Shown: positions 1 through 9,575 of the stretch, piece by piece | Position numbering within the stretch: the first letter of the stretch is position 1 | How the letters are laid out: the number at the start of each line of letters is the position of its first letter | Assembly: GCA_963701965.1 (NCBI GenBank) | Contig: OY969695.1 | Span: 2,464,001-2,528,000, forward strand | From: an uncultured Gemmatimonadales bacterium | GTDB lineage: Bacteria > Gemmatimonadota > Gemmatimonadetes > Gemmatimonadales > Gemmatimonadaceae | Length of the DNA: 64,000 bases | Direction of reading: 5' to 3' | The notes under the pieces: model-generated | The model's input: only the letters and a program-made list of their open reading frames with translations | Databases searched by the model: none | Told to the model about the DNA's origin: nothing | Program-made: the position numbers and the translations under genes

Positions 1-843
1 CGTGGGATGGAGGACGAGATCATAACGTCCCACTTCCACGGGCTTGGCCTTGAGCTTCTCGGCGGCCTGCTCGGCCCATTCCTTGGCGTGCCCGGCGAGA
101 TCGGTCTCCAGCACGTACTCCCAGCCTTGGCCCTTGGGGGCCGCGACGTTCGTCCGCGTCTGAAAGTCCGTGTGATCGCTGGACACGGCGGTGATGGCCA
201 TCGTGGGGCCGGTGCGCACCACCGTCTGCGTGATGACCGAGCCCTCCGTCGACGCGAAGTGGCGCTCCTCCTTTACGAACTGCAGGCCGCTGTTCACGAA
301 CTGGACGCCCGGGACTTTGAGGGCCTCGGCGTTGGCGGAGAGCAGGATCTCGACCTTTTGCCCGACCGGGATGTCGAACGGATCCGTCTTGAATCCGTTG
401 TTCCACGTGACGTCGCTGTAGGCGGCCGTCGGCGTCAATTCCACGGGGGCCGCGCGCGCGATGCGATTGGCTTTGGCGATGGCGACGGCTTGCTTGGCGG
501 CGCTGGCCACGCCGTCGGGGGTCAACTGTCGCGTTGCTGCGAAGCCCCACGTCCCATCCACCAGCACGCGGACCCCGCACCCGAGGGTGTCGTTGTCCAC
601 CACATTCAGGATCTGGTGCTCGCGCGTGAACACCAAGTTGGTCCGCCACCGGGCCACCCGCACGTCGGCGTAGCCGGCCCCGGCGGACTTCGCCGCGTTG
701 AGCGCGGCCATCAACAGGCCGCGCGCTTCGGGCGGGTCGTTGAAGACCCTGAGGGCCGCGTCGATGGCCCGTGTCGAGCGGTGTCCCATTGTGGCGACGG
801 CGAGAACCGCGCTGTGCTTGAGAAAATCCCGTCGATCGGTCAT
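1..843 (-). CDS. tldD: TldD/PmbA family metalloprotease subunit with Tat signal (5' part, runs off left edge)
   Basis: Manual translation from ATG at 843: MTDRRDFLKHSAV (twin-arginine motif)...ALNAAKSAGAGYADVRV...GCGVRVLVDGTWGFAAT, typical of a TldD N-terminus; absent from the ORF track because there is no stop in the window. Confidence 0.85.
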   Translation of the reverse strand, partial: MTDRRDFLKHSAVLAVATMGHRSTRAIDAALRVFNDPPEARGLLMAALNAAKSAGAGYADVRVARWRTNLVFTREHQILNVVDNDTLGCGVRVLVDGTWGFAATRQLTPDGVASAAKQAVAIAKANRIARAAPVELTPTAAYSDVTWNNGFKTDPFDIPVGQKVEILLSANAEALKVPGVQFVNSGLQFVKEERHFASTEGSVITQTVVRTGPTMAITAVSSDHTDFQTRTNVAAPKGQGWEYVLETDLAGHAKEWAEQAAEKLKAKPVEVGRYDLVLHPT

Positions 844-853
844 GCATTCCCCT

Positions 854-1186
854 GTGGCGACAATCGAAGACTTCGTACGCGTCGACATCCGCGTCGGCAC
901 CGTCCTCGAAGCTGCTGCATTTCCCGACGCGCGCAAGCCGTCCATCAAACTCAAAATCGATTTTGGGCCGGAGATCGGGATCAAAGCGTCGAGCGCCCAG
1001 CTCACGGTCTACTACGACCCGCCGGCGCTCATCGGCCGCCAGGTCGTTGCGGTCGTGAATTTTCCGCCGCGCCGGATCGCCGGATTTTCCAGCGAGGTCC
1101 TGGTGCTGGGCGCCATGCCGAGCCCGACCGACGTCATCCTTCTTGCGCCCGACCAACCCGTCGCGAACGGCGTGCGAATTGGGTAG
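854..1186 (+). CDS. csaA: tRNA-binding/chaperone protein CsaA (OB fold)
   Basis: IEDFVRVDIRVGTV...KIDFGPEIGIKASSAQLT...VVNFPPRRIAGFSSEVLVLG; start GTG 854 or ATG 842. Confidence 0.92.
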   Translation: MATIEDFVRVDIRVGTVLEAAAFPDARKPSIKLKIDFGPEIGIKASSAQLTVYYDPPALIGRQVVAVVNFPPRRIAGFSSEVLVLGAMPSPTDVILLAPDQPVANGVRIG

Positions 1187-1198
1187 TCTACGGGTCCT

Positions 1199-2110
1199 AT
1201 GGCGAGCGGTTGGTGGCGGCGGCGGGCGACGCCGCTGGAGAATCGGGCCGGCGGCGCCGACCGGTGGTACCTCTGGCGCAGGCACCGCATCGCCTATGGC
1301 GTCCGCGGGAATGGATCGCCGCTCCTGCTCGTCCACGGGATCCACGCGGCGGCGTGGTCCTATGAGTGGCGGCTGGCGGCGGACGCGCTCGGGGCCCGGC
1401 ACACGGTCTACACGATCGACCTGCTGGGTTTCGGCCGGTCGGATCGCCCGGCGATCCGGTATTCGTCGGCCCTCTACGTCGACCTGCTGAGCGACGTCCT
1501 CCGCGACGTCGTCCGGGCGCCGTGCACGATGATCGCGGGTGCGTTGGGTGCCGCGTACGCGACGGCCGCGGCGGCACGCCATCCGGAACGCGTTGGCGCG
1601 TTGGTGCTGGTCGAGCCGGCCGGATTGACGCCGGGTACGCGGCGCGGCGGACGCTGGCGGACCATCCTGCGCCGCGCATTGTACGGACCGGTCGTCGGCG
1701 CGTCGTTGTTCCACGCCCAAACGCGCCGCTCGGCGCTCCGCCGCCGGTTTCGGCTGGCGTACGCGACCGAGGCGCGTGTAACGGACGACATGGTGGAGCA
1801 CTACCATGAGACCGCGCGGCAACCGGGCGCGCGGCATGCGCCGGCGGCGTGGGGGGCGTTCCGGCTGGACCTGGACGTGACCGCGGTCTGGCCGCGGCTC
1901 ATCCACCCCACGCTCATCGTGTGGGGCGCGCACCCGCACCACGCGCCATTAGCGGATTTGCGCGCGCTCCGCGCGGCCCGGCCCGCGGCTGACGCCGCGA
2001 TCATCGAAGGCGCGGGCGACCTCCCGCACGAGGAGTCGAGCGAGGATTTCGTCGAGGTGGTGGAGGCTTTTTTCAGCGGTGCTCGCCAGGACTCACCGGT
2101 GGTGCTTTAG
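1199..2110 (+). CDS. Alpha/beta fold hydrolase (nucleophile apparently Ala)
   Basis: LLLVHGI, IDLLGFGRSDRP, LIVWG and LPHEE motifs. Confidence 0.85.
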   Translation: MASGWWRRRATPLENRAGGADRWYLWRRHRIAYGVRGNGSPLLLVHGIHAAAWSYEWRLAADALGARHTVYTIDLLGFGRSDRPAIRYSSALYVDLLSDVLRDVVRAPCTMIAGALGAAYATAAAARHPERVGALVLVEPAGLTPGTRRGGRWRTILRRALYGPVVGASLFHAQTRRSALRRRFRLAYATEARVTDDMVEHYHETARQPGARHAPAAWGAFRLDLDVTAVWPRLIHPTLIVWGAHPHHAPLADLRALRAARPAADAAIIEGAGDLPHEESSEDFVEVVEAFFSGARQDSPVVL

Positions 2111-2143
2111 CAGGTGCTAGCGCACCTGCCAAAGCACCGTCGG
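2096..2143. terminator. Long hairpin between convergent genes (probable bidirectional terminator)
   Basis: CCGGTGGTGCTTT-A-GCAGGTGC-TAGC-GCACCTGC-C-AAAGCACCGTCGG, ~21-bp interrupted stem. Confidence 0.6.
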
Positions 2144-2202
2144 TTGGATGGGCCGCGGCACTGCAACTCCGCGGGGCCAGCGGCGCGGCTGCTGTAGAGC
2201 GG

Positions 2203-3252
2203 CTAGATGCGCGCCCCAGTCGCGGGGTCGAACGTATGCACCTGATCCAAGTCGATGCCCAGCGTGACCTCGCTCCCAATGCTCGGCGCGGCGTCGGGCG
2301 ACACCCGCGCGGTCAGCGCACCGTCCGCGAAGCGGACGTGCAGTAGCGCTTCCGGTCCCAGCGGCTCCACCAGCTCGACGCGCGCTCGAATCGTCCCATT
2401 TGGCGATGGCCGGAGATGCTCCGGCCTCACCCCGATTGTTACTGGCCGATCGCCGAGCCGCGCCAGCGGAAAGCTCAGCGTATCGTGCGGCGCGTGAAAC
2501 ACGCCGCCGTCCACACGCCCGTCGATGAGGTTCATCGGCGGACTCCCCATGAACGTGGCCACGAACCGATTCGCGGGCCGCTCGTAGATGACGCGCGGCG
2601 CGTCGACTTGCTGAACCGCCCCGCGCTCCATGACGACGATGCGGTCGCCCATGGTCATGGCTTCCACTTGATCATGGGTGACGTAGATCGTGGTCGCCCG
2701 AAACTCCCGGTGAATCCGCGCGATCTCACGCCGCATCTCCAGCCGGAGTTGGGCGTCGAGGTTGGAAAGGGGCTCGTCGAACAAGAACACCTGGGGCTGA
2801 CGCACGATGGCCCGCCCGATGGCCACGCGCTGCCGCTGGCCGCCCGACAGCTCCTTCGGCTTCCGGTCCAGCAACTCGTCGAGGCCGAGCACTTCGGCGG
2901 CGTGCCCGACCCGGGTGCTGATCTCCGTGGCGGGCAACCGTCGCAGCTCGAGCGCGAACGCCATGTTCTCCCGGACGGACATGTGCGGGTACAAGGCGTA
3001 GTTCTGAAAGACCATTGCGATGTCGCGCTCTTTCGGCGGGACGTCGTTGACGACGCGCCCCCCGATCGCGACCGCGCCCGACGTGATGACCTCGAGTCCG
3101 GCGATGAGCCGCAACGTGGTCGTCTTGCCGCACCCCGACGGGCCGACAAGCACGACGAACTCGCCGTCCGCGATATCGAGGCTCACGTCGCGCACGACCA
3201 CGTTGTCCGGTTCGTACGTCTTCCGGACCCGGTCCAGTGTCACTCGCGCCAT
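2203..3252 (-). CDS. Carbohydrate ABC transporter ATP-binding protein (MalK/UgpC family)
   Basis: GPSGCGKTT, VFQNYALYPHM, LSGGQRQRVA, FLFDEPLSNLD and C-terminal TOBE region; start MARVTLDRV. Confidence 0.95.
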   Translation of the reverse strand: MARVTLDRVRKTYEPDNVVVRDVSLDIADGEFVVLVGPSGCGKTTTLRLIAGLEVITSGAVAIGGRVVNDVPPKERDIAMVFQNYALYPHMSVRENMAFALELRRLPATEISTRVGHAAEVLGLDELLDRKPKELSGGQRQRVAIGRAIVRQPQVFLFDEPLSNLDAQLRLEMRREIARIHREFRATTIYVTHDQVEAMTMGDRIVVMERGAVQQVDAPRVIYERPANRFVATFMGSPPMNLIDGRVDGGVFHAPHDTLSFPLARLGDRPVTIGVRPEHLRPSPNGTIRARVELVEPLGPEALLHVRFADGALTARVSPDAAPSIGSEVTLGIDLDQVHTFDPATGARI

Positions 3253-3440
3253 GTATGATCGGCAGGGAGGGCGTGGATGACGACACTGTCGGCGCGCGCA
3301 CCCACGGGTGCGCGGCGGGTGCTCACGCCCGGCGTGAGCCATTCACGGCGCAGGCCGGCGCCGACGACGAGCGTCGAGTCGTGGTGGGAGTCGTAGGCGA
3401 AGAGATCGCTCACGGCTCGAATGTACTCGGCGGCCACCAG
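3240..3440 (-). pseudogene. Remnant of the C-terminus of the large discoidin(F5/8C)-domain glycoside-hydrolase-like gene usually found at this operon position
   Basis: VAAEYIRAVSDLFAYDSHHDSTLVVGAGLRREWL...DSVVIHALPAD resembles the recalled C-terminus (WVGSDFIRS.LDMFAYER..DS.LV.GAG....WL ... VVVRALPA) of ~1000-aa proteins between permease and ATPase in such loci; only ~200 bp remain. Confidence 0.6.
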
Positions 3441-3444
3441 CCCA

Positions 3445-4269
3445 TCACCCTTTGACACTCCCCATGGTAATGCCGGCGATGTAGTACCGCTGGAGCAGCA
3501 CGAACGCGGTCAGCACGGGGACCAGCGTCACCACGGCGCCGGCCATCATGAGCTCCGTATCCTGCACGTGCTCCCCGGTCAGGTTGGCCAGGGCCACCGG
3601 CAGCGTGTATTTGGCGTCATCGCTGAGGACGATCAACGGCCACATGAAGTCGTTCCACACGCTCATGAACATGAACACGGCGAACGTGACCAGGATCGGC
3701 GTGAGGAGCGGAAAGACGATGCGGCGAAAGATCGCGAACTCCCCGGCGCCATCAATGCGCGCGGCGTCGAGCAGATCGTCGGGAATCGAGGTCGCGTACT
3801 GCCGGATCAGAAAAATGCCGAAGATGCTCGCCATCGAGGGGATGATGACGGCCCAATAGGTGTTGACGAGGTGCATCTCCTTCATGAGCACGAACAGGGG
3901 CAACATCCCGACCTGCGCCGGGATCACGAGACCCGCCAACAGCAGCTTGAAGAGGGCGTCGCGGCCGCGGAACCGGAATTTCGCGAAGGCGTAGCCCGCC
4001 ATCGCGTTGATGATCGTGGAGAGGCCGGTCGCGGCCAGCGACACGATGGCGCTGTTGCGGAGGTTGCGGGCGACATCGAGCCGCGTGAAGAGCAGCCGGT
4101 AGTTCTCGAACGTCAGCGGATGCGGGATCAGCCGGGGCGGATAGGTCGTGGCCTGGCCGGCCGGCATCAGGGATGCCGCAACCATCCACAGGAGCGGCGC
4201 GAGCGTGGCGGCGGCGCCGGTCACCAGCGCCACGTGCAATAACACCACGCCCAGCGGGCGGCGGTTCAT
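3445..4269 (-). CDS. Carbohydrate ABC transporter permease (MalG-like)
   Basis: AGYAFAKFRFRGRD, EAA loop DLLDAARIDGAGEF, ends GITMGSVKG; start MNRRPLG. Confidence 0.95.
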   Translation of the reverse strand: MNRRPLGVVLLHVALVTGAAATLAPLLWMVAASLMPAGQATTYPPRLIPHPLTFENYRLLFTRLDVARNLRNSAIVSLAATGLSTIINAMAGYAFAKFRFRGRDALFKLLLAGLVIPAQVGMLPLFVLMKEMHLVNTYWAVIIPSMASIFGIFLIRQYATSIPDDLLDAARIDGAGEFAIFRRIVFPLLTPILVTFAVFMFMSVWNDFMWPLIVLSDDAKYTLPVALANLTGEHVQDTELMMAGAVVTLVPVLTAFVLLQRYYIAGITMGSVKG

Positions 4270-5129
4270 CGGCGCAGCCGCCGTTGGACGAGGGTGCCGA
4301 TCAGCACCATCGCGAACAGGACGAAGGCGATGGCCGCGGCGAAGCCGAGGTGCCACCACCGGAATCCTTCCTCGTACATGTAGAGCACGATGCTGTATGT
4401 CGCGTGCAGCGGTCCGCCTTGCGTCATCACGTAGGGCTCGGCGAAGAGCTGCGTGTAGCCGATCATCGTGGTCACGCCGACGAACAAGAATGTCGGGCCC
4501 AGCATCGGCACCGTCACGTGCCGGAATCGTTGCCACGCGCTCGCGCCATCGACCAGCGCGGCGTCGTACAAATCCTGGGGGATCGCCTGCAGACCGGCGA
4601 CGAAGATGAGCATGTTGTACCCGAAGTTCTTCCACACCGTCATGAGGATGATCGACGGCATGGCCCATCGACGATCGCCGAGCCAGTCTATTCCACCGAG
4701 TCCTAGGCTTTTCAGAGCAAAGTTGATCAAACCAAAGCGCGGGTCGTACAGGTATCGCCAGATCACGGCCACGGCCACCAGCGTCGTCACGACCGGCACG
4801 AAGTAGAGGGCGCGGAACAGCGGTTGGGCCCGGGTGAGTTTCGCGTTGACGAGGAGCGCGGCGCCGAGGGACACGGCGACCGACAGTGGTCCCCCGACCG
4901 CCACGAAATACAACGTGTTGCCGATCGCCGTCCAGAAGAGCGGCGTGCGCAGGAGATCGATGTAATTGCGGGCGCCGACGAATCGCACGTTGCCCAGCGC
5001 CGCGACCGCGTAGATGTCGAAGTCGGTGGCGCTCAGCACGAGCGACGCCACGATGGGCACGACGAAGAACACCGCGATGAGGAGCATCGCGGGCAATAGA
5101 AACCAATAGGGCGCTCGCGTATCGCGCAC
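4266..5129 (-). CDS. Carbohydrate ABC transporter permease (MalF-like)
   Basis: WKNFGYNMLIFVAGLQAIPQDLYDAALVDGASAWQRF; GTG start at 5129. Confidence 0.95.
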   Translation of the reverse strand: MRDTRAPYWFLLPAMLLIAVFFVVPIVASLVLSATDFDIYAVAALGNVRFVGARNYIDLLRTPLFWTAIGNTLYFVAVGGPLSVAVSLGAALLVNAKLTRAQPLFRALYFVPVVTTLVAVAVIWRYLYDPRFGLINFALKSLGLGGIDWLGDRRWAMPSIILMTVWKNFGYNMLIFVAGLQAIPQDLYDAALVDGASAWQRFRHVTVPMLGPTFLFVGVTTMIGYTQLFAEPYVMTQGGPLHATYSIVLYMYEEGFRWWHLGFAAAIAFVLFAMVLIGTLVQRRLRR

Positions 5130-6376
5130 TAGCGGTGGTGGTCCTCGAGCCAGCGGCGCTTTTCCAACATGCGATCGACGTCGCGGTCGAGCGCGGTCAG
5201 CGCCGCGTCTTCCGTCATGGCGCCGCGGACGGTCTCCTCGGCGTACTGGGCGACCGCGGTCGCGATCTGCTCCCACTCCGGCACTTGGGGTGTCGGCACC
5301 ACGTGCCGGAGTTGTTCCCGGAATGGGGCCGCGAAGTGGTTCGTGTCGAGGACCGGATCGGCCCACGCCGACTCACGGGGTGGCAGGTCTCCCGTGAGGC
5401 TATAGAGCTGAACCTGCACGGCGGGTTCGGAGAGATACTGGATGAGTTGCCGCGCGGCGGCCTGGTGTCGCGAGCCCCGGAATATCACCAGGCTGGAGCC
5501 ACCAGCCAGCGAGAGTCCCGGCCCGGACCCGGGCGACGGCATCGGCGCCGTCATCCATTTTCCGTTCAGTGACGGCGGCAATCGCCGGTCGAACTCGCCA
5601 ATGTCCCAGGGACCAGTCATGGCCATGACGTACTCGCCGCGCCCAAAGGACTGGTACCGGTTGGCGATTTGCGCGGCGGTGACGGCGGGCGCCAGTCCGT
5701 CGCGAAACAATCCGACATAGAACGCGAAAGCCTGGCGAAACTCGGGACTGGTGAAATCGCCGTACCGCCCATGATCGCGCAGTAACGGCGCGCGCAATTC
5801 CATCCCGAAAATGATCGGCGCCGCCCATTCGTTGAGCGGAAGGAGGATCGCGAAACGAATATCGCCGCCCGCGGCGCGGGCCTTGACCATGGACTGGCGC
5901 CAGGTTTCCCACGTCGTGGGAAACGTGCGGTACCCGGCGGCGGCCAGCACATCGGTCCGGTAGAAAATGAGGCGCGTATCGACGTACCAGGGCACGCCGT
6001 ACAGGCGGCCGTCGATGACGTTGGTATTCCAGATGCCGGGGAAATAGTCCCGAGCGTCGACCAGCGGCGGGTCGAGCGAGTCGAGCGCACCGAGCGCCAC
6101 CAACTCGGGCACCCAAGTGTTGCCCAGCTGCGCGACGTCGGGCGTGGCGCCGCCGACAAATGCGGTCAGCAGCTTTTCGTGGGCCGCCGTCCACGGGATC
6201 TGCTGTACGGTGACCTTGATCCCGGGATTGCGCCGCTCGAACTCCGGCAAGAGCGTGCGCAAGATCTCGCCTTCCCGTCCCAGACCCCACACGCGCAGCG
6301 TGACGACGCCCGCGTCGTGGCTCGAGCATCCGACCAGCACGGCAAGCCCGGCGAGCAAGAGCGCGCGCCAGTTCAT
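5129..6376 (-). CDS. Sugar ABC transporter substrate-binding lipoprotein
   Basis: Lipobox LVGC; QQIPWTAAHEKLLTAFVGGATPDVAQLGNTW; YGVPWYVDTR. Confidence 0.93.
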   Translation of the reverse strand: MNWRALLLAGLAVLVGCSSHDAGVVTLRVWGLGREGEILRTLLPEFERRNPGIKVTVQQIPWTAAHEKLLTAFVGGATPDVAQLGNTWVPELVALGALDSLDPPLVDARDYFPGIWNTNVIDGRLYGVPWYVDTRLIFYRTDVLAAAGYRTFPTTWETWRQSMVKARAAGGDIRFAILLPLNEWAAPIIFGMELRAPLLRDHGRYGDFTSPEFRQAFAFYVGLFRDGLAPAVTAAQIANRYQSFGRGEYVMAMTGPWDIGEFDRRLPPSLNGKWMTAPMPSPGSGPGLSLAGGSSLVIFRGSRHQAAARQLIQYLSEPAVQVQLYSLTGDLPPRESAWADPVLDTNHFAAPFREQLRHVVPTPQVPEWEQIATAVAQYAEETVRGAMTEDAALTALDRDVDRMLEKRRWLEDHHR

Positions 6377-7881
6377 GGCACCAGTTCGTGCAACGCGACC
6401 GGCGGCGGCGGGGCAGGCGACGGCGGTCGGGGTGGTGCCTCGGGCACCGGTCCCGCGCGGTCGAGCCATCCGCCGGAGAACCCGGCGCGACGCAAGCCGC
6501 GGATGACGTACGGGCTCTTTCTCATCAAGTCCCAGATGAGCCCGGACCGATAGTTCTCGATCATCGCGACGATCGGCCCCTGGTCGATGCCCAGGTAGTC
6601 GGAGTCGAACCATCCCTGCGTCGGGTCAACGCGTCCGCTGACGACTTTCACCGGGGCCACGAACGTCGGATTGAACGCATCCACGAATCCGTAGGTGGAG
6701 AACACGTTGTCGCCGTAGGTCTGCCGCATGTGGAGCAGCGTGGGAATCACGATCTCCGGCGCGAACGCGATCGAGCCGCCGGCCGCGGTGGGCGCGATGG
6801 TCCCGTCGTCGAACGACCGGGCGACGGACACGCCGCGATCCGTGTAATCGCGAAACCGCCGCGGCTTGCCATCGAGGACGAGCAGGAGATTGCCCGGTCC
6901 GTCGCAAGAGGTGAAGCCCCACAGGTTGGGCCCGTACCCGACGTATCCCAGGGAGTCCGCGATCGCATAGGCCCGCTGCGCATACGTCGCGCGGCGGGAG
7001 TTCTCAAAGTAGTCGCTGCCGTGCGCGCGCATATAGTCGTCGCGCACATCGCGGAAGTCGATCCAGACGTGCGTATACTGGTGCCCGAACTGGGGCGCGA
7101 AGGTCAGATACGACTGTCCGTAGTACGTGCCCCAACGATACGTGCGCTGATATTCGCCCCACACCGAGGGATCGACCGCGTGCGTCGGCGAGCCGAGGGC
7201 CAAGATGTACAGGATCATCGCCTCGTTGTAGCCGCGATAATCGTACGGCATGAACCCGCTGTCGGGCGCCCAACCCAGCGTGATCGCCGGCGGAAAGTTC
7301 TGGGCCCATTGCCAGTCGACGCGCCGGTAGAGCGAATCGGCGTAGGCGCGGATGGCCACTTCATCGTCGCTCGACCGGTCGAAGTACTGACCGGCGAACA
7401 AGGCGCCGGCGAGGAGCAACGCGGTATCGATCGTCGAGAGCTCGGACGGCGCGAACCGCCGTCCGTGTTTCATGTCCAGGAAGTGATAGAAAAAGCCTTT
7501 GAACCCGATGGTGCCGGTGTCGGCCGGTCCCTGCGGCGCTTGATAGAGGTACTGGAGCGTGATCCGCGTGCGATGGGCCGCCGCCTCGCGCGTGACGTAG
7601 CCGCGCTCGGCGCCGATGGGATAGGCCGTCAGCGCGAAGCCAACGGCGGCGATCGACGAGAACGTCGGCGACAGCGCGCGGTCCGGCGTCAAGCCGGTCG
7701 TCGAGTCGGAGAAATGCCAGAAAAAATCGAAGGACCGGTGCTCGACGGTATCGAGAAAAGCCTGGCCCGCGATGCCGCCAGGGACCGGCACCGGCGCCAC
7801 GCGTGGAGCCGGCGGCGTGCGTGCGCACGCCGCCGTCAACACCATTGCGGCGACCGCCGCGGCCTTCCAGGAGACGGGCAC
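6373..7881 (-). CDS. Glucoamylase-family / GH144 endo-beta-1,2-glucanase-like lipoprotein
   Basis: SELSTIDTALL, GYNEAMILYILALGSPTH, HQYTHVWIDFR, YLGIDQGPIVAMIENYRSG; lipobox TAAC. Confidence 0.88.
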   Translation of the reverse strand: MPVSWKAAAVAAMVLTAACARTPPAPRVAPVPVPGGIAGQAFLDTVEHRSFDFFWHFSDSTTGLTPDRALSPTFSSIAAVGFALTAYPIGAERGYVTREAAAHRTRITLQYLYQAPQGPADTGTIGFKGFFYHFLDMKHGRRFAPSELSTIDTALLLAGALFAGQYFDRSSDDEVAIRAYADSLYRRVDWQWAQNFPPAITLGWAPDSGFMPYDYRGYNEAMILYILALGSPTHAVDPSVWGEYQRTYRWGTYYGQSYLTFAPQFGHQYTHVWIDFRDVRDDYMRAHGSDYFENSRRATYAQRAYAIADSLGYVGYGPNLWGFTSCDGPGNLLLVLDGKPRRFRDYTDRGVSVARSFDDGTIAPTAAGGSIAFAPEIVIPTLLHMRQTYGDNVFSTYGFVDAFNPTFVAPVKVVSGRVDPTQGWFDSDYLGIDQGPIVAMIENYRSGLIWDLMRKSPYVIRGLRRAGFSGGWLDRAGPVPEAPPRPPSPAPPPPVALHELVP

Positions 7882-7906
7882 CTCTAACAGTACACGGGCG
7901 CGGCGG

Positions 7907-9516
7907 TCAGAAGTCGTAGGTCAGGCCGGCCTGGAACGTTCGCCCCTGGTTGTTGAACCCGGCGCAGGTGAGTTGGCCGAACCCGACCTGGGGGCCAGCC
8001 GAGCCGATGGATGCATTCGGGCACGCGCGGTTGGCCAAGTTGAAGACGTTGAACACGTCCAGGAGCAACCCGACCCGCTGGGCGCCGACCGTCTGGAAAT
8101 ACTTCTGGACCCGGAGATCATCCTGATAGTAGGCGAAGGCGTTGTTGATGCCGAGGAAATCGTGCTTGGGGACATAGAACGTGTTGTATTGGGTGTAACA
8201 CCCGAAGATCGGGCTGTCGGAGATCTGGCAGTTCACCTGATTGTACGCCGATCCTGCGCTCAATGTCACGATACTGCTGACGACGAAGTCCCACGGGAGC
8301 CGCACGATGCCGTTCGCTTGGACCGTCGACCGCTGGTCCGTGGCCGTCGGGTGGCGCGGGTAGTTGCTCGGCCGTTGGCGGTCGAGGTCAAAGATATCGT
8401 TTCCGCCATCCTCGTATGCCCAGCCGAGGGTGTAGGCGATCCATCCGCCCCAACGGGAGCGCCAAAGAACAGACTTTGGCGGAGCTGCTGGATCTGCGTC
8501 GACGCGAACTGCTGGGCGTCGAGCGCCTGTCCCGTGGCCGACGCGGGTGTGCCGGGGATGACCCTGGTCGCGAAGTTCTGATAGTTGCCTTCGTAGCTGC
8601 CAAAGATGTGCAGCTTGTCCTTGATGATCGGACCGCCGAGGCTCACGCCATCCTGCAGGCGCCGGAAGTCCGGCGGCGGCGAGCCGTTAATCGTGCTCTG
8701 GAAATCACGCCGGATCATCCAGGGCGCTTCGCCGTAGCCGAAGATGTTCCCGTGCCATTCATTGCCGCCGGACTGCGTCTTGGCCTCCACGATGGCGCTG
8801 GTCGCGTACTGGTATTCCGGCTTGAAGTTGTTGGTGATGACGCGAAATTCCTGCACGGCATTCTCGGGAAACGGATTGCCGCGGTTCGTCGTTTGCCCGT
8901 TGACGCCGCCGTTGAGCACATTGTTCTTGTAGCTGGCGCCGTCGATGTACACATTGACCTGGTCCAATGTCGCCGCCCCGGCGCCGAACGTCTTCTGGTC
9001 ATTGGGCGGAATCGGCTGTTGGACGCCCGGCACGAGCCGCGCCAGGTCCAGGAAATTCCGATCGATCTGCGGCAGGTGCACGATCTGATCCGTCGAGATC
9101 TGGCTGGCGACGGTCGGGTCCCGGAGATCCGACACTGGCGCGGCCGCCGAGATCTGGATCTGCTCGAGTTGCGTGGCCGAGGTCACCAGCTGGAAGTCGA
9201 GACGCGGCGTCGTGGCCACGCTGATGTGCATCGTGTCGACCTGCGGGCGGTGACCGATCGCCGTCGCCTGCAGCACGTAGTTGCTGGCCTGGAGTCCACC
9301 AATGTAGTAGAAGCCACTCGTCCCGGTCCGCGCCGACCGCACCGTCCCGGCTTTGAGATCGCGCGCCGTCACGATGGCGCCCGCGAGTGGTTCTCGATTC
9401 TCGCCCGTCACGAGCCCCTGCACTGTGGCCAACTCGGATTGCGCCGCCACGCGCGGCGCATCGACGAGGGCCAGTCCCACCACGATCAGATACCACCGAC
9501 AAACACTTCCTCGCAT
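7907..9516 (-). pseudogene. TonB-dependent receptor with a large internal deletion and frameshift
   Basis: Signal peptide, carboxypeptidase-regulatory domain and plug (RNFLDLARLVPG, AVQEFRVITNN) in one frame to ...LRQSLFFG (~8460), then last barrel strands (SRWGGWIAYTLGW...LDVFNVFN...FQAGLTYDF) in another frame; ~1.6 kb versus ~3 kb typical. Confidence 0.85.
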
Positions 9517-9575
9517 CGGCCCGCCTCCAATGAAGGAAGGACGTGGCGAGGCTTCCTGCGTCGCGTCCTTCGCTG

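Noticed and set aside
4270..4280. CGGCGCAGCCG matches to the hairpin apex (also reverse-complemented near 57227)
   Set aside because: No extended stem or CAACCGACT tail; chance GC-rich matches within coding sequence
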